64,000 nucleotides of DNA from Deltaproteobacteria bacterium (GTDB lineage Bacteria > Desulfobacterota > Desulfobulbia > Desulfobulbales > SURF-16). The position numbers and the translations under genes are program-made. Below the pieces are notes generated by a model, which was not told the DNA's origin, did not search any database, and saw only the letters and a list, made by a program, of their open reading frames with translations. The DNA lies in the NCBI GenBank assembly GCA_016219175.1, contig JACRCD010000044.1:54116-118115 (forward strand), in the 5' to 3' direction. Of the stretch, positions 17,443-28,831 are shown piece by piece (the stretch's first letter is position 1; every line of letters starts with the position of its first letter).

Positions 17443-18843
17443 TCAGATGGTGCGGACCTGCACTGTCTCAACAAACTTGCCGCCCGCCAGGATATCAGAG
17501 AGGACGATAATCCGGTCGCCCGTCTTAACCAGATTTTGCCGCTGCAGCTGTTCTATGGAGCGCTGAATGGAAACCTCCGGGTCATTTGAAAATTTGATGC
17601 GGAAGGCATGTACCCCCCAGTAAATGCCGAGTCTGCGTCGAACATGGGTGGTGTTGGTAAAAGCGAAAATCGGCGCAACGGGACGGCATTTGGACAGGAG
17701 CACGGCCATCAGGCCGCGCCTGGTGATAACCAGCGTTCCCACGGCCTGGAGGTTATTGTTGAGGATGGCCGCACTTCTGGCGATCTCCTCTTTGGGTTTA
17801 TTGGTCACCTTCACCCGGACGGATGTTTCCAGCCCCATCTGTTTTTCAATCCGCCTTGCCACCGCATCCATGGTTTCAAGGGCCTTGAACGGGTGTTTGC
17901 CCGTGGCGGTCTCTCCGGAAAGCATGATGGCGTCCGTGCCCTGCAGCACCGCATAGGAGATATCCGTCACCTCCGCCCTGGTCGGGGTGGGATTGACAAT
18001 CATCGATTCAAGCATGTGCGTGGCCACCACCACCGGTTTGCCGGCTATCCGGCATTTGCGGACGATCTCATCCTGCAGCAGGGGCACCTCCTCATAGGGA
18101 AGTTCCGCTCCCAGATCCCCGCGCGCAATCATGATGCCGTCAGCCACGGCAATGATTTCATCCAGATGGGGGATGGCTTCCGCGCTTTCAATCTTGGCCA
18201 GGATATCGATGGGCGCTTTTTTCTCCTGCAGGTAGCTTTGCAGCTCCGCGATGGCCGAGGCCTGACGGACAAAGGACAGGGCAATGAAATCGACGTGGTT
18301 GTCAATGCCGAAATTGATATCCTGCCAGTCTTTGTCCGTAATGGACGGCAGATCAGCGCTTTTGCCGCGGATATTGATATGCCGGCGCGAGGTGAGCACC
18401 CCGTTGTCAAGGCATATGCAGCGGACATCTTTTTCCGTCACCTCCTTGACCAGCAGGCTGATCATGCCTCCGTCAATCAGGACAATGTCACCGAACTCCA
18501 CCTCCTTGACAAAGCCGTCATAACTGACCTCAACACAATACGGTTCGAGTTCCGCCTGGCGTCTGACCGTCAGAGTCAGTGGCGCGCCTTTCTTGAGGAC
18601 CATGTCCCGGCTGACATCTCCTGTTCGTACTTCCGGTCCCTTGGTGTCAAGCAGGATGGCGGTTGAGGTCCCGCATTTTTTATTGATCCTCTTGATGCTC
18701 CGGATCACACCCTGATGCCACTCCCGGGCGCCATGCGACATATTGAGGCGCGCCACATTCATGCCGTTTTCCACGAGCATTTTCAGCATGTCAAATGACG
18801 CTGTGCCAGGGCCGATGGTGCAGATGATTTTTGTTTTACGCAT
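17443..18843 (-). CDS. pyk: pyruvate kinase
   Basis: KTKIICTIGP, RLNMSHG, LDTKGPEVR, ARGDLG, MLSGETA. Confidence 0.98.
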   Translation of the reverse strand: MRKTKIICTIGPGTASFDMLKMLVENGMNVARLNMSHGAREWHQGVIRSIKRINKKCGTSTAILLDTKGPEVRTGDVSRDMVLKKGAPLTLTVRRQAELEPYCVEVSYDGFVKEVEFGDIVLIDGGMISLLVKEVTEKDVRCICLDNGVLTSRRHINIRGKSADLPSITDKDWQDINFGIDNHVDFIALSFVRQASAIAELQSYLQEKKAPIDILAKIESAEAIPHLDEIIAVADGIMIARGDLGAELPYEEVPLLQDEIVRKCRIAGKPVVVATHMLESMIVNPTPTRAEVTDISYAVLQGTDAIMLSGETATGKHPFKALETMDAVARRIEKQMGLETSVRVKVTNKPKEEIARSAAILNNNLQAVGTLVITRRGLMAVLLSKCRPVAPIFAFTNTTHVRRRLGIYWGVHAFRIKFSNDPEVSIQRSIEQLQRQNLVKTGDRIIVLSDILAGGKFVETVQVRTI

Positions 18844-19098
18844 TGCGTTAATAGCCTTTATGAAGTTTCCATTAATTTATATAGCAGCCTGCGATTTGTA
18901 CAGTTCTTCCTGTAAAAAAATGCGAAAGGTGGTTTGGGGAGGTAGTTGCTGGGAATATGCCCCAATGAAAAGGTTCATGGGCGGAAAAAATGGGCAAATG
19001 CCGCATGTCAGGATAGGGAGTAGGGGAATGCGTCTGGTTGCTTATGGTTATCTTATTGATTTCTTAACTGAAATTATGAATGGGTCTTTTGGGGATCC

Positions 19099-19114
19099 TG
19101 GCATGAATTGTGCT
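19099..19114 (+). promoter_or_regulatory. sigma54 (-24/-12) promoter
   Basis: TGGCATGAATTGTGCT = GG-N10-GC; IHF-like ATCAATAAGATA on the minus strand at 19049-19060. Confidence 0.65.
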
Positions 19115-19144
19115 AAAAAATTATTGCACATATTATTCTTCGTG

Positions 19145-19224
19145 CCTATGAAAAGGCCAACCCTGTCGGGTGACGGGGGCGGAAAGCCACGGATTTCCAA
19201 GTGAAACAGCCGGGCTGCCATAGG
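19145..19224 (+). ncRNA. GEMM-I (cyclic di-GMP-I) riboswitch
   Basis: P1 CCTATG/CATAGG; AAAGGCCAACC..GGCGGAAAGCCACGG..ACAGCCGGGCTGCC matches the deltaproteobacterial GEMM pattern; lies in the leader of a GGDEF/HD-GYP gene. Confidence 0.8.
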
Positions 19225-19307
19225 TGGAGCAAGCCCTTATTGAACGAGATAAAGGTTTACGTCCATCTTTGTGCAAAGATGGACGTTTTTTTATCCGGGA
19301 GGGCTTC

Positions 19308-20618
19308 ATGGACAAAGAACCTGGCTATGATGAATTGCTTGAAGAAATTACCTGTCTGAATCAACAGCTGGCTGAGCTTGCGGAAAAAAACCGCGAACTC
19401 ATCCAGCTGTCCAACACTGACGGGCTGACAGGGCTTTATAACCACCGGTTTATGATGGAACGGTGCGAACATGAATTCCGCAGGGCAAAGCGTTATAATA
19501 GAGGTTTTTCCTGTGTTCTGCTGGATATTGACCATTTTAAGGCGTTTAATGACACCCATGGGCACCAGTTCGGTGATCATGTTCTCAAAAAATTAGGGGT
19601 TCTGTTACGGGAAAATTCCCGGTCAACGGATACCTGCGGCAGGTACGGCGGCGAGGAATTCATCATCCTCATTCCGCAGCCCATTGAGGAGGCCAAGGAG
19701 TATATTCTCCGCCTCCACGGTATGATTGCCGCGCAGGAATTTTGCCATGGGGATATCAGGGCAAGGATTACGGTGAGCATCGGCCTGGCTGATTTTCGTG
19801 GTGAAATGCAATCCTGGCATGAAATAATAGCCAGAGCTGACCAGGTTTTATATCTGGCCAAGAATTGCGGCCGGAATATGGTCAGGACTTGGTCCGGGCG
19901 CGGCAACAAAAGGGCGGAGATTGTCAACGATCACGATATAAATAATCTTAAGAAACAATTTGCCGATATTTATCAACAGGTTAAGGAGAGTTATGTTGAA
20001 TCGGCCAATGCTCTTTTGCAGGCAATTGATGCCAAGGATCATTACACGTTGCGCCATTCCCGGAACGTGGCGGGATACGCAATCCGCCTTGCCGAAGCCT
20101 GTGGTATGAAAAAACAGGAGATTGAGATAGTTAAAAACGCCGCATTATTGCATGATCTGGGGAAAATCGGCATAGATGAATGTTTGCTGGTTAAAAAGGA
20201 AACCCTGTCAGGTTGTGAATATGAAATTTTAAAACGGCACCCGCTGATAGGGGTCAATATCCTAAAAAATATCACCCTGCTGGCCAGGGAAATACCCCTT
20301 ATCCTCCATCATCATGAACGTTTTGACGGTAGGGGGTATCCCTATGGCCTGCAATCACATGAAATTCCGTTGGGGGCCAAGATACTGGCAATTGCCGATG
20401 CCTTTGATGCCATGACAACGAACCGGGCATTCAAGGCAAAAATGTCACCATCCGCGGCCTTGCGTGTCATAGACTCGGAAAAAGGGCAGCAGTTTGACCC
20501 TCGGCTGGCCGAGGTATTCTGCGGATCCATGTTATCTTTGCACAAAGACGGCACGAGCCTGTCTCCCTTGATGATTTCAACCGCCGAGCGGGAGCTGCGG
20601 AGTGATATGAGACTATAA
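19308..20618 (+). CDS. GGDEF + HD-GYP bifunctional c-di-GMP enzyme
   Basis: DGLTGL, DIDHFK..ND..GH..GD, GGEEF; LHDLGK, HHERFDGRGYP; GGAGG RBS before 19308. Confidence 0.93.
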   Translation: MDKEPGYDELLEEITCLNQQLAELAEKNRELIQLSNTDGLTGLYNHRFMMERCEHEFRRAKRYNRGFSCVLLDIDHFKAFNDTHGHQFGDHVLKKLGVLLRENSRSTDTCGRYGGEEFIILIPQPIEEAKEYILRLHGMIAAQEFCHGDIRARITVSIGLADFRGEMQSWHEIIARADQVLYLAKNCGRNMVRTWSGRGNKRAEIVNDHDINNLKKQFADIYQQVKESYVESANALLQAIDAKDHYTLRHSRNVAGYAIRLAEACGMKKQEIEIVKNAALLHDLGKIGIDECLLVKKETLSGCEYEILKRHPLIGVNILKNITLLAREIPLILHHHERFDGRGYPYGLQSHEIPLGAKILAIADAFDAMTTNRAFKAKMSPSAALRVIDSEKGQQFDPRLAEVFCGSMLSLHKDGTSLSPLMISTAERELRSDMRL

Positions 20619-20782
20619 TTGCCCTTCGCTATCGCGCTGCCGGGCGGGAGAATGCAGGGGGGCTGGTTTTTTCAAAAAAAAAGAAGTAGCATACAAAGTG
20701 GCAGCCTTGTGAAAAGGCGAAAGAGAAGGCGGAAGAGTATTTCCCGCTGCCTGAGAGACAAGAAACCGCATGAGGGAAATGA

Positions 20783-21166
20783 ATGAATGACGAAAAATTG
20801 ATGCAAGAACGAAGGAAAGAGAAAAGATTCCGCATGCGCGATGGCACTTATGCCTTTCTTCGCGCTTCCGCCAACAAAACAGGGCAGGTAATAGATTTGA
20901 GCAGGACCGGTCTTGCCTTCTCTTACTCGTCACACCACGGCATCCCTGTTGAGTCCCGTGGCTTGCTTGATCTCATGGCGGAGGAGGGTGTTTTGCTGGA
21001 AAGGATTTCCTATATTACGATAAATGACTGTCTGATCAACTGCGAAACCTTCTTCGTGCCGGGGATAACTCTGCGCAGGCGTTGCGTTAAATTTGATACC
21101 CTGTCTCCTGAAGGTATCTTGTCTATTCAGTCGATCATCGAGAGATTCGGCCGGATTTTACAGTAA
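20783..21166 (+). CDS. PilZ domain protein
   Basis: RKEKR (RxxxR) and DLSRTG (DxSxxG). Confidence 0.88.
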   Translation: MNDEKLMQERRKEKRFRMRDGTYAFLRASANKTGQVIDLSRTGLAFSYSSHHGIPVESRGLLDLMAEEGVLLERISYITINDCLINCETFFVPGITLRRRCVKFDTLSPEGILSIQSIIERFGRILQ

Positions 21167-21595
21167 TCTCACGGGAAATCGTACAGAAGAATCCTTGATC
21201 CCGCGGGCTTTACCCCGGCAATGGGGAATAAAACGATGCGGATTTCTCCCCTGCGCGGGTGAAAGTCGCCGGAATTTCGCACTGTGGCGCTTCATTTGCG
21301 TGAGATCAGCGGACAAGTGGACAGCGGATACTGATTGCATCGGGATTTTTTTTCAGACAAAGCCCATCGCGGACGTTATCGAGCTGTATCGGGTTGTTGC
21401 ACCATCTTTTGTTGCCAACATGACGAAATGCCAAACCGCTGATACTTATGTCAATAATATGAACGGGATGGCAACCTCCAGAAGCACAAGCGTACGGTCG
21501 TTGATCTTGTGCCGCTTGTGGTTTCTCTCTTTAGTTTCCCGTGAAGTTGGCGGGCCTGCAATAAAATAACCGGTCTCATGCCAAGCTGCATTCAA
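21158..21595 (-). pseudogene. frameshifted PilZ gene, paralogue of 3011-3361
   Basis: Spliced translation RNHKRHKINDRTLVLLEVAIPF/IIDISISGLAFRHVGNKRWCNNPIQLD..LKK/IPMQSVSAVHLSADL..LSPAQ aligns along the 3011-3361 protein; -1 shift near 21461 and +1 shift in the T8 run at 21346-21353; ends approximate. Confidence 0.82.
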
Positions 21596-21610
21596 GAGGG
21601 GCTCAACGTT

Positions 21611-21771
21611 GATAAATCCGGAAAAAGTCGGCGACAAAGCCCAGATGGCTAAGTAACAAAATTCGATATACAAGGCGTAGTGTATTTTTGAGAGTGAGGC
21701 TATACATATAGTATGCCGAACGAACAAAAATGCGCTACAACGCAGTAGATCGAATTTTTTACGACGCCATC
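21611..21771 (+). mobile_element. MITE family A, copy 3 (161 bp)
   Basis: 6-bp TSD AACGTT at 21605-21610 and 21772-21777; internal sequence near-identical to copy 1. Confidence 0.92.
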
Positions 21772-22174
21772 AACGTTTGTGGCATGTCATGCAGAGCCGG
21801 CTGCGCGCCTCTCCGATGATCAGATGGTGTTTCTCTTTAATCATCAGGTTGTGGCATGATATGCAGGTCACCTCGTTGTTTTGGAGATTGAGGCCCGCTG
21901 CTTCAACCTGGGCCCGGGGATGGAATTCCGATTCCTTGCCCGCGGGCGGATATTGTTTAAAAACCGGATGCGATGCCGAGGGAGTGATGGCGCAGTCGGT
22001 TGTGCAGGGGCTGATGTTCGGGCTGATTACCCCGTCATGGCAGGTGAGGCATTTCCTGGGTTCGTCCAGTTTGACAAGAAACTGGTGATGGGGAACCTCC
22101 TGTGCGCCAAGCAGACTTGGGCCGCATAAAAGTTGGCTGACCAGCAGAAGGGAAACCCCGAATTTTTTTTTCAC
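21770..22174 (-). CDS. small periplasmic multihaem cytochrome c (3 CXXCH)
   Basis: Signal peptide; CLTCH, CISCH, CMTCH; SHPV motif. Confidence 0.88.
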   Translation of the reverse strand: MKKKFGVSLLLVSQLLCGPSLLGAQEVPHHQFLVKLDEPRKCLTCHDGVISPNISPCTTDCAITPSASHPVFKQYPPAGKESEFHPRAQVEAAGLNLQNNEVTCISCHNLMIKEKHHLIIGEARSRLCMTCHKR

Positions 22175-22319
22175 ACCCGCTTACCCTTTTATGATGGAAA
22201 AGAAAATTGTTGCAATGGCTGTAGGTCATCCTATCATGTCTTCTGCCGCGGGAGCAAATTATTATTGCAAGCCGACGGAAAGTTGCTGATGAAAAGGGCC
22301 AATAAAGATGCCCTGTAAC

Positions 22320-22440
22320 TGCTGGCGCTTGACTTTTTTTTAAATTACCTCTTCCCATGACCCGCGGGCGCCCCTCCGTGGCATCGACGGTTTCAACCAG
22401 GGGTTGCTTGAGGATCATGGCGACAGCTTCGATGGCTATG
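22320..22440 (+). pseudogene. decayed HisKA (histidine kinase H-box) fragment
   Basis: From 22356: HDPRAPLRGIDGFNQGLLEDHGD, compared with the family pattern SHDLRAPLRxIDGFSQALLEDYGD; no start codon or rest of kinase. Confidence 0.65.
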
Positions 22441-22875
22441 CGGAACTTGTGCGTGGCGGTCTGCCCGCGGACGACAGGAAGGTGAAAGGTTCCGATATCC
22501 CGGCTCTTGTTTTTTGGGGCCGTCCAGGGCTGTTGCGCAATCGCAACATTCAGGCTCGGCCCTGCCGCACCTAGGGTTTTGCCCAAGCGTCCCGCTCAAA
22601 TCCGTCTTGAAATCCCTTGTAATTTCCGGAAAGCTTAATTGCGGACAAGCTTCTTTAAGTATCCGCCCGCGCGTTGCCGCCGGGATTTTCGTTTCCCGGC
22701 CAGTCATTAAAGAGCTTGTTTGTTCTCTTTTGCTGCTGTTATAATACGTAAAGCGTCCCCACCCGGACGAAGAGATGGAAGGCCCAGAGCGCAACGCCTA
22801 CCATGGAAACCGCGGCCTGATCCAGGTCTTCCGGCGCCGGCGGTCATTGCGAATGGAAAAAAATTGAGGACAGGC

Positions 22876-25770
22876 ATGCCACGACTGCGCGATATATCTA
22901 TCAGGACAAAGCTTTTTATTCTCATGGGGCTTACTGCTGTCCTGTCCTTGGTCCTTGTTTCATCGGCGCTGGTGATTTATGAAAAAAGGACAGCTGAGCA
23001 GTTTCTTGTCAGGCAACTCAACTCCATGGCGGATGTGATTGCCTTAAACAGCGGGGCCGCCATGGCTTTCCAGGATAAAGAGGCGGCAGGCGAGATATTG
23101 CACTCACTGGCCGCCAAAACGGAAATCGCCGTGGCTATGCTGCATGACAGGCAGGGCAATGTCTTCAGCAAATTTGCCAGGGAAGGCGTCAATGATGAGG
23201 AGATTGTCAGTGAGCTCCGGCAGGCCTATCCGGACCAGCAGGAAATGCGGCAGGAGCTGGAGGGGAAGGGCGGTATTTCATTCCTGGCGGCCGGTCATGT
23301 GCATGTTATCCGGCCGGTGCGCAAAGGGTCCAACCTGGTTGGGGCTGATGAGCTGATCGGGGCCATTCACCTGGTTGATGACATGCAGCAGCTCAACCGC
23401 CGGCTGCATGCCTACTATACCGTTGTGACCATTGCCGTGGTCGTGACGATTCTGGTTGTGCTGGTTCTTGCCGCACGTCTGCAGAGATTATTCACCGAAC
23501 CCCTGATGGAACTGATGCAGTCCATGGGCGCGGTGAGCCGGCAAAGGGATTATACGGTGCGAGTCGCCAGGCTGAGCAATGACGAATTCGGCACCTTGAT
23601 TGATCAGTTCAACGACATGATAGCGGAGATTCAGGGCAGGGACAGGGCGCTGGAATCCTATACTTCCGGCTTGCAGGAGAAGGTTGATGTTCGCACTGAA
23701 GAGCTCTCCCTGGCCAATGCCCGGCTCGAATCACTGGTGGGGGATCTTGAGATGGCCAAGGCGGCGGCGGAACAGGCCAGCAGGGCAAAGAGCGAATTCC
23801 TGGCCACCATGAGCCATGAAATCAGAACACCGATGAACGGCATACTCGGCATGACGGAACTGTTGCGGGGCACCGGGCTCAACAACCGGCAGCTCAGGTT
23901 CACCCAGACAATCCAGCGGGCGGTTGACTCCCTGATGGGGGTTATTAATGATATCCTGGATTTTTCCAAGATCGAGGCCGGTAAGCTTGAACTGGAGAAC
24001 CATACCTTTAATCTGCGGGAACTGGTGGAAGATACCGCGGAAATGCTGGCTGAGTCTGCTCACATCAAGGGTCTTGAGCTGATTCCTGTTTTTCCGGCCC
24101 AGGTCCCCGAGCTGCTGCAGGGGGACTCAAACCGTTTGCGTCAGGTTCTTGTCAACCTGCTGAGCAATGCCATAAAATTTACTGATTCAGGAGAGGTGTT
24201 GCTGCAGGTTGACATGGTAACCGGCAAGAATAATCAGGTCACCTTGCATTTTGCGGTCCAGGATACCGGTATCGGTATCACTCCGGAGATCAGGGAGCAT
24301 ATATTCGAGGCCTTTTCCCAGGCCGACAGTTCCACCACCCGCAAGTACGGGGGGACAGGGCTTGGTCTGGCGATTTCCCGCAAACTGGTGCGCCTGATGG
24401 GAGGGGAAATCGGAGTTAACAGCGAGCCCGGTAAGGGGGCTACGTTCTGGTTCACCGTTGCTTGTATACGGCCGCCGGACATGATGATAACCAGCGATGA
24501 GCAGCTCATGAAAAATCTTCTTGGTCTGCGGGTGCTGATCGTCGATGATAACGCCGTCAACCGCGCCATCCTGAAAAATCAGGTACGCTCCTGGGGGATG
24601 AGCAGCGATACGGCGGCAAATGGTTTTCAGGCCCTGGAAAAACTACAGCTGGCATTATCCGAGGGGAGACCGTATGATGTTGTGCTCCTTGACTGGCATA
24701 TGCCGGAAATGGATGGCATCGAGTTGACCAGGATCATCCGGGAAGAATACAGCAAAAAACAGCTGAAGTTGCTGATGCTCAGCTCGGCGCCTTTTGATGA
24801 GGAGTCGCTTAAGGCATCAAGGGCCGGGGTTGATCTGTATCTGACTAAGCCGGTGCGGCAGAGTCTTCTCTTTAACAGTTTAATAAGTTTGCTTGGCGAG
24901 CCCGCGGCCGATGACGGTAAGGAAGAAAAAAACGATAACGGTATCGGGGGAGAATCCCTGTCTTTCGGCGCTCGGATTCTTTTGGCCGAGGATAATTCCG
25001 TCAACCAGGATGTGGCCCGGGAGATGCTCAAATACATGGGCTGCCAGGTTGATATTGCGGAAAATGGCCTTGAGGCGGTTGCCGCCGCGGCAAAAACGCA
25101 ATTTGATCTTATTCTGATGGATTGTCACATGCCGCAGATGGACGGCTTTACCGCCGCCAGGGAAATCCGCCGCCTCGAAGCGGCTGCCGGGGTAAAAAGG
25201 GGTGTGCCCATGGTCGCCCTGACCGGTGATGTGCAGGCGGGCGTCAGGCAGCAGTGTCAAGAGGTGGGCATGGATGACTATTTAAGCAAACCGTTTTATA
25301 TGGATGACCTGCAGAATGTGCTTGAAAAATGGCTTCCGGCTCGTATCAGGCCACAGGCCGCCAGCGTCGGGACAGAGGAGGCTGAGACTGAAACGGAGGA
25401 AGAGACCGGGTCCGTGCTGGACCGGAGGCGTCTCGACATGATCCGTGCCATGCACCGGCCCGGCAGCCCACCCGTGCTGGACAGGATCATTGCCATTTAT
25501 AATGAAAGTTCCCCGGAAATTTTGCGTTCCATCCATGAGGCGGTGAGCAGGGGCGATGGCGAAGCGCTCCGTGAAGCCGCCCATAGTCTTAAGACCAGCA
25601 GCGCCAATCTCGGCGCGGCTGAACTTGCCGGCTTGTGTAAGAAAATGGAAGAGATGGGACGGATGGAAAAGATTGCGGCCGCGGAGACGCTGCTTGAGGT
25701 TCTTGATGACAGGTATCAGACGGCGCTGTCCGCTCTGTCCCTTGAGATAGAGAAAAGCGGCGATGAGTAA
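22876..25770 (+). CDS. membrane hybrid sensor kinase (periplasmic CHASE-like, HAMP, HisKA, HATPase, 2 REC, Hpt)
   Basis: [28 protein letters not shown], two receivers, AHSLK Hpt; GAGGA RBS before 22876. Confidence 0.95.
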   Translation: MPRLRDISIRTKLFILMGLTAVLSLVLVSSALVIYEKRTAEQFLVRQLNSMADVIALNSGAAMAFQDKEAAGEILHSLAAKTEIAVAMLHDRQGNVFSKFAREGVNDEEIVSELRQAYPDQQEMRQELEGKGGISFLAAGHVHVIRPVRKGSNLVGADELIGAIHLVDDMQQLNRRLHAYYTVVTIAVVVTILVVLVLAARLQRLFTEPLMELMQSMGAVSRQRDYTVRVARLSNDEFGTLIDQFNDMIAEIQGRDRALESYTSGLQEKVDVRTEELSLANARLESLVGDLEMAKAAAEQASRAKSEFLATMSHEIRTPMNGILGMTELLRGTGLNNRQLRFTQTIQRAVDSLMGVINDILDFSKIEAGKLELENHTFNLRELVEDTAEMLAESAHIKGLELIPVFPAQVPELLQGDSNRLRQVLVNLLSNAIKFTDSGEVLLQVDMVTGKNNQVTLHFAVQDTGIGITPEIREHIFEAFSQADSSTTRKYGGTGLGLAISRKLVRLMGGEIGVNSEPGKGATFWFTVACIRPPDMMITSDEQLMKNLLGLRVLIVDDNAVNRAILKNQVRSWGMSSDTAANGFQALEKLQLALSEGRPYDVVLLDWHMPEMDGIELTRIIREEYSKKQLKLLMLSSAPFDEESLKASRAGVDLYLTKPVRQSLLFNSLISLLGEPAADDGKEEKNDNGIGGESLSFGARILLAEDNSVNQDVAREMLKYMGCQVDIAENGLEAVAAAAKTQFDLILMDCHMPQMDGFTAAREIRRLEAAAGVKRGVPMVALTGDVQAGVRQQCQEVGMDDYLSKPFYMDDLQNVLEKWLPARIRPQAASVGTEEAETETEEETGSVLDRRRLDMIRAMHRPGSPPVLDRIIAIYNESSPEILRSIHEAVSRGDGEALREAAHSLKTSSANLGAAELAGLCKKMEEMGRMEKIAAAETLLEVLDDRYQTALSALSLEIEKSGDE

Positions 25771-28030
25771 TTCCAAGTTGCATTCAGACCAAGATCGCGA
25801 AGACAGGCGAGCAGCGACGGGACAGGACACGGGGTACGGCGGGGAGCCGCACGGCGCGGCCGCCAAGGGTATTGGCTTGCAGGCGGCTTGGCGGAAGAGA
25901 ACCCCGGGCGAGCAGCCGGTTATCCTCATTGTCGACGATGACCTGGCCCAGCGTCTGCTCATGCGGGAAACCCTTTACGATATTGACCTTGTGGTCCTGG
26001 AGGCGGAAAACGGCGCGGAGGCCGTTAAGGTGTTTGGGCGGAATCCTCCCGATCTCGTGCTGATGGATGTGAAGATGCCGAAGATGGACGGTTTTGCCGC
26101 CTGCGCCATGATGCGCAAGCTGCCGGGCGGACAGGATGCCGCCATCGTTCTTGTCACCGGGCTTGACGATTTTGACTCCATTCAGCAGGCCTTTGACATC
26201 GGCGCCACAGATTTTATTACCAAGCCTGTCAACTGGCCCCTGCTCAGCCACCGGGTGCGGTATCTGCTGCGGGCAAGCAAGGCGTTCCGCAATCTGCGCC
26301 AGAGTGAAAGACGTTTGTCCATTGCCCAGAATATAGCCAGTCTGGGCAACTGGGACTGGGACATTGACAAGAATACGGTTTACTGCTCCGAGCAGATGTA
26401 CAGAATTTTCGGCTTTACCCAAGGGGAATCCGCCGCCGCCTATGAAATGTTTCTGGCCCGGGTGCATCCCGAGGAGCGCGAATCAGTCCTGGATCAGGTT
26501 AAAAAGGCCCTGCAATCCAGAAAACCCTACAGTATTGATTATCGGATTGTTCTGCCGGAAGGGGCGTGCCGTAACGTGCATGAGCAGGCTGACGTGGTCC
26601 ATGATGCCGACGGGAATGCCGTCAGCATGCATGGCACGGTGCAGGACATCACGGAGCGGATAAACGCCGAGGAAAAGATACGTTATCTCGCCTATTATGA
26701 TGCCTTGACCGGATTGCCCAACCGGCAGCTCTTTCTCGAGCATGTCAACCAGGCCCTGCTTACCGCCCAGCGGGACAGGAGTAAACTTGCCCTGCTGTAT
26801 CTCGATCTGGACAGGTTCAAGCGCATCAATGATACGCTGGGGCACAGCGCCGGGGATAAATTGCTGAAAAAGATATCCATCTGTCTGGCGGACAGCATCC
26901 GGTCCTCCGATATTGTCGCCAAGGCATGTCTGCCCTGCAAATCCGGGGTCACCCTGTCGCGGCTGGGGGGAGACGAGTTCACCATTCTGCTCACCGGACT
27001 TGCCGAGGGAGAGCATGCCGCCCGCGTGGCCCGGCGTATTCTTGAACTGTTGAGCCTGCCGGTCAATATCGCCGGCCAGGAGGTTTATGTTTCCGGGAGC
27101 ATAGGCATCACCCTCTATCCAAGTGACGGGGATGATGTGGATACGCTGCTCCGCAACGCTGATGTCGCCATGTATCATGCCAAGGAAAGCGGCAGGAATT
27201 CCTTTCAGTTTTTTTCCGAGCAGATGAACAGCCGGGCCATGGAAAAGCTGAGCATCGAGACTGACCTGAAAAAGGCGCTGGAACGGCGGGAGTTGCTTGT
27301 CTATTACCAGCCCCAGATCGATTTGATCACGGGAAAGGTGGCCGGGGTTGAGGCCCTGGTCCGCTGGCAGCACCCCCGGCTCGGCCTGGTTTCACCCGCC
27401 ATGTTCATTCCCATTGCCGAGGAAACCGGATTCATTGTTGAAATCGGCGGGTGGGTGATGCTTGAGTCCTGCCGGCAGGCGCGGCAGTGGCAACAGCAAG
27501 GAGTCCCGCCGCTGCGCATGGGGGTTAATATCTCCAGTCTGCAATTCAAGCAGCAAAGCATGGCATCCCTGGTGAGACAGGCGCTGGAGGAGACCGGCCT
27601 TGAGGCCCGTTATCTGGAGCTTGAGCTGACGGAAAGCGCCATCATGCAGAATGTCGATCAGGTCAATGACACTTTGAATGAATTAAAGGAAATCGGCGTC
27701 AATCTCTCCGTGGATGATTTCGGTACGGGGTACTCGTCGATGAGCTATCTGAAGCGTTTTCCCCTGGACACATTGAAGATTGACCGCAGTTTCGTCAAGG
27801 ATATCACCACGGACCCGAATGATGCGGCCATTATCAAGGCCATTATCGCCCTGGCCAAAAGTCTGGGCCTGAAAACCATAGCAGAGGGGGTGGAAACGGA
27901 GGATCAGTTGCGGTTCCTGCGGGAGCAGCGCTGTGACGAGATGCAGGGTTTTCTGGCCAGCAAGCCCCTGCCGGCTGCGGAAGTGGAGCAATTTTTTGCC
28001 GAGAAGAGAAAATTCTGTCAATTTTTTTAA
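25763..28030 (+). CDS. REC-PAS-GGDEF-EAL protein
   Basis: VDDD/LMDVKMP, PAS ending [32 protein letters not shown]. Confidence 0.95.
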   Translation: MSNSKLHSDQDREDRRAATGQDTGYGGEPHGAAAKGIGLQAAWRKRTPGEQPVILIVDDDLAQRLLMRETLYDIDLVVLEAENGAEAVKVFGRNPPDLVLMDVKMPKMDGFAACAMMRKLPGGQDAAIVLVTGLDDFDSIQQAFDIGATDFITKPVNWPLLSHRVRYLLRASKAFRNLRQSERRLSIAQNIASLGNWDWDIDKNTVYCSEQMYRIFGFTQGESAAAYEMFLARVHPEERESVLDQVKKALQSRKPYSIDYRIVLPEGACRNVHEQADVVHDADGNAVSMHGTVQDITERINAEEKIRYLAYYDALTGLPNRQLFLEHVNQALLTAQRDRSKLALLYLDLDRFKRINDTLGHSAGDKLLKKISICLADSIRSSDIVAKACLPCKSGVTLSRLGGDEFTILLTGLAEGEHAARVARRILELLSLPVNIAGQEVYVSGSIGITLYPSDGDDVDTLLRNADVAMYHAKESGRNSFQFFSEQMNSRAMEKLSIETDLKKALERRELLVYYQPQIDLITGKVAGVEALVRWQHPRLGLVSPAMFIPIAEETGFIVEIGGWVMLESCRQARQWQQQGVPPLRMGVNISSLQFKQQSMASLVRQALEETGLEARYLELELTESAIMQNVDQVNDTLNELKEIGVNLSVDDFGTGYSSMSYLKRFPLDTLKIDRSFVKDITTDPNDAAIIKAIIALAKSLGLKTIAEGVETEDQLRFLREQRCDEMQGFLASKPLPAAEVEQFFAEKRKFCQFF

Positions 28031-28096
28031 TTATTATTAACAACGCCCATGCTGCGTGGTTTTAACCATGGAAAGAATGAGGCCGGGAAGATCCTT

Positions 28097-28750
28097 ATGA
28101 TAAAAAAAACAACCTTCGTTGCTCTGCTGCTTATTCTGGCCTTTGTTGCCGCATGTTCAACAACCGCTGTGACAGGGACATGGCGTGATGACAACTATGC
28201 GGGCGGGCCTGTTAAAAAGGTGTTGGTTGTCGGCATGTTCAATAACGATGTTGTCAGAAGAACAAGCGAAGATGAGTTTGTTGCCAGGCTAAGGGAGAAG
28301 GGGGTTGAAGGCGTGGCCAGCTATCGGATTTTTCCTCTTAATCCCGGTACCCCCGCGGAGGAGATTGGCGCGAAAATAAAAAACAGCGATTTCGAATCAA
28401 TGCTTATTTCCCGGGTGGTGGACAAGAAGCAGGTGCAGGAGATTTATCCGGGAGGCGTTTATTCCCCATACGGTTATTCCCGGCGTTGGGACAATTATTA
28501 CGACAGCTGTCTGGAGTATATATACAGCCCCGGCTATCGTTCGCCGATAATCGTCATGGATAATCCGGATCATGCGGCGAAACGGCAGATCTACATGATA
28601 GAGACAAATCTCTACAGTGTCCGCGACCAAGCCTTGGTCCTGTCCATCCTGTCCGATAGTTATTCAGGACTTTCCTATGAGGCCCTGGTAAAGGATTTCG
28701 TGAAAACCGTCCTCGGTAAACTTTCGGAAAACAAACTGCTTGCCAATTGA
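28097..28750 (+). CDS. lipoprotein (DUF4136-like)
   Basis: Lipobox VAAC; Tyr-rich central loop; ETNLY motif. Confidence 0.7.
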   Translation: MIKKTTFVALLLILAFVAACSTTAVTGTWRDDNYAGGPVKKVLVVGMFNNDVVRRTSEDEFVARLREKGVEGVASYRIFPLNPGTPAEEIGAKIKNSDFESMLISRVVDKKQVQEIYPGGVYSPYGYSRRWDNYYDSCLEYIYSPGYRSPIIVMDNPDHAAKRQIYMIETNLYSVRDQALVLSILSDSYSGLSYEALVKDFVKTVLGKLSENKLLAN

Positions 28751-28831
28751 TATCCCGTTTCCCATACGGCAATTATTGTTAAACATACGACACGAATTTG
28801 TTGATCTGGCCCGTTCAGCCGAGGTGTAGCC

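Noticed and set aside
21446-21727. Small ORFs over the repeats (also 2398-2835, 3569-4013, 45858-46180)
   Set aside because: They are translations of MITE sequence; only the 3' part of 21446-21727 is meaningful, as pseudogene
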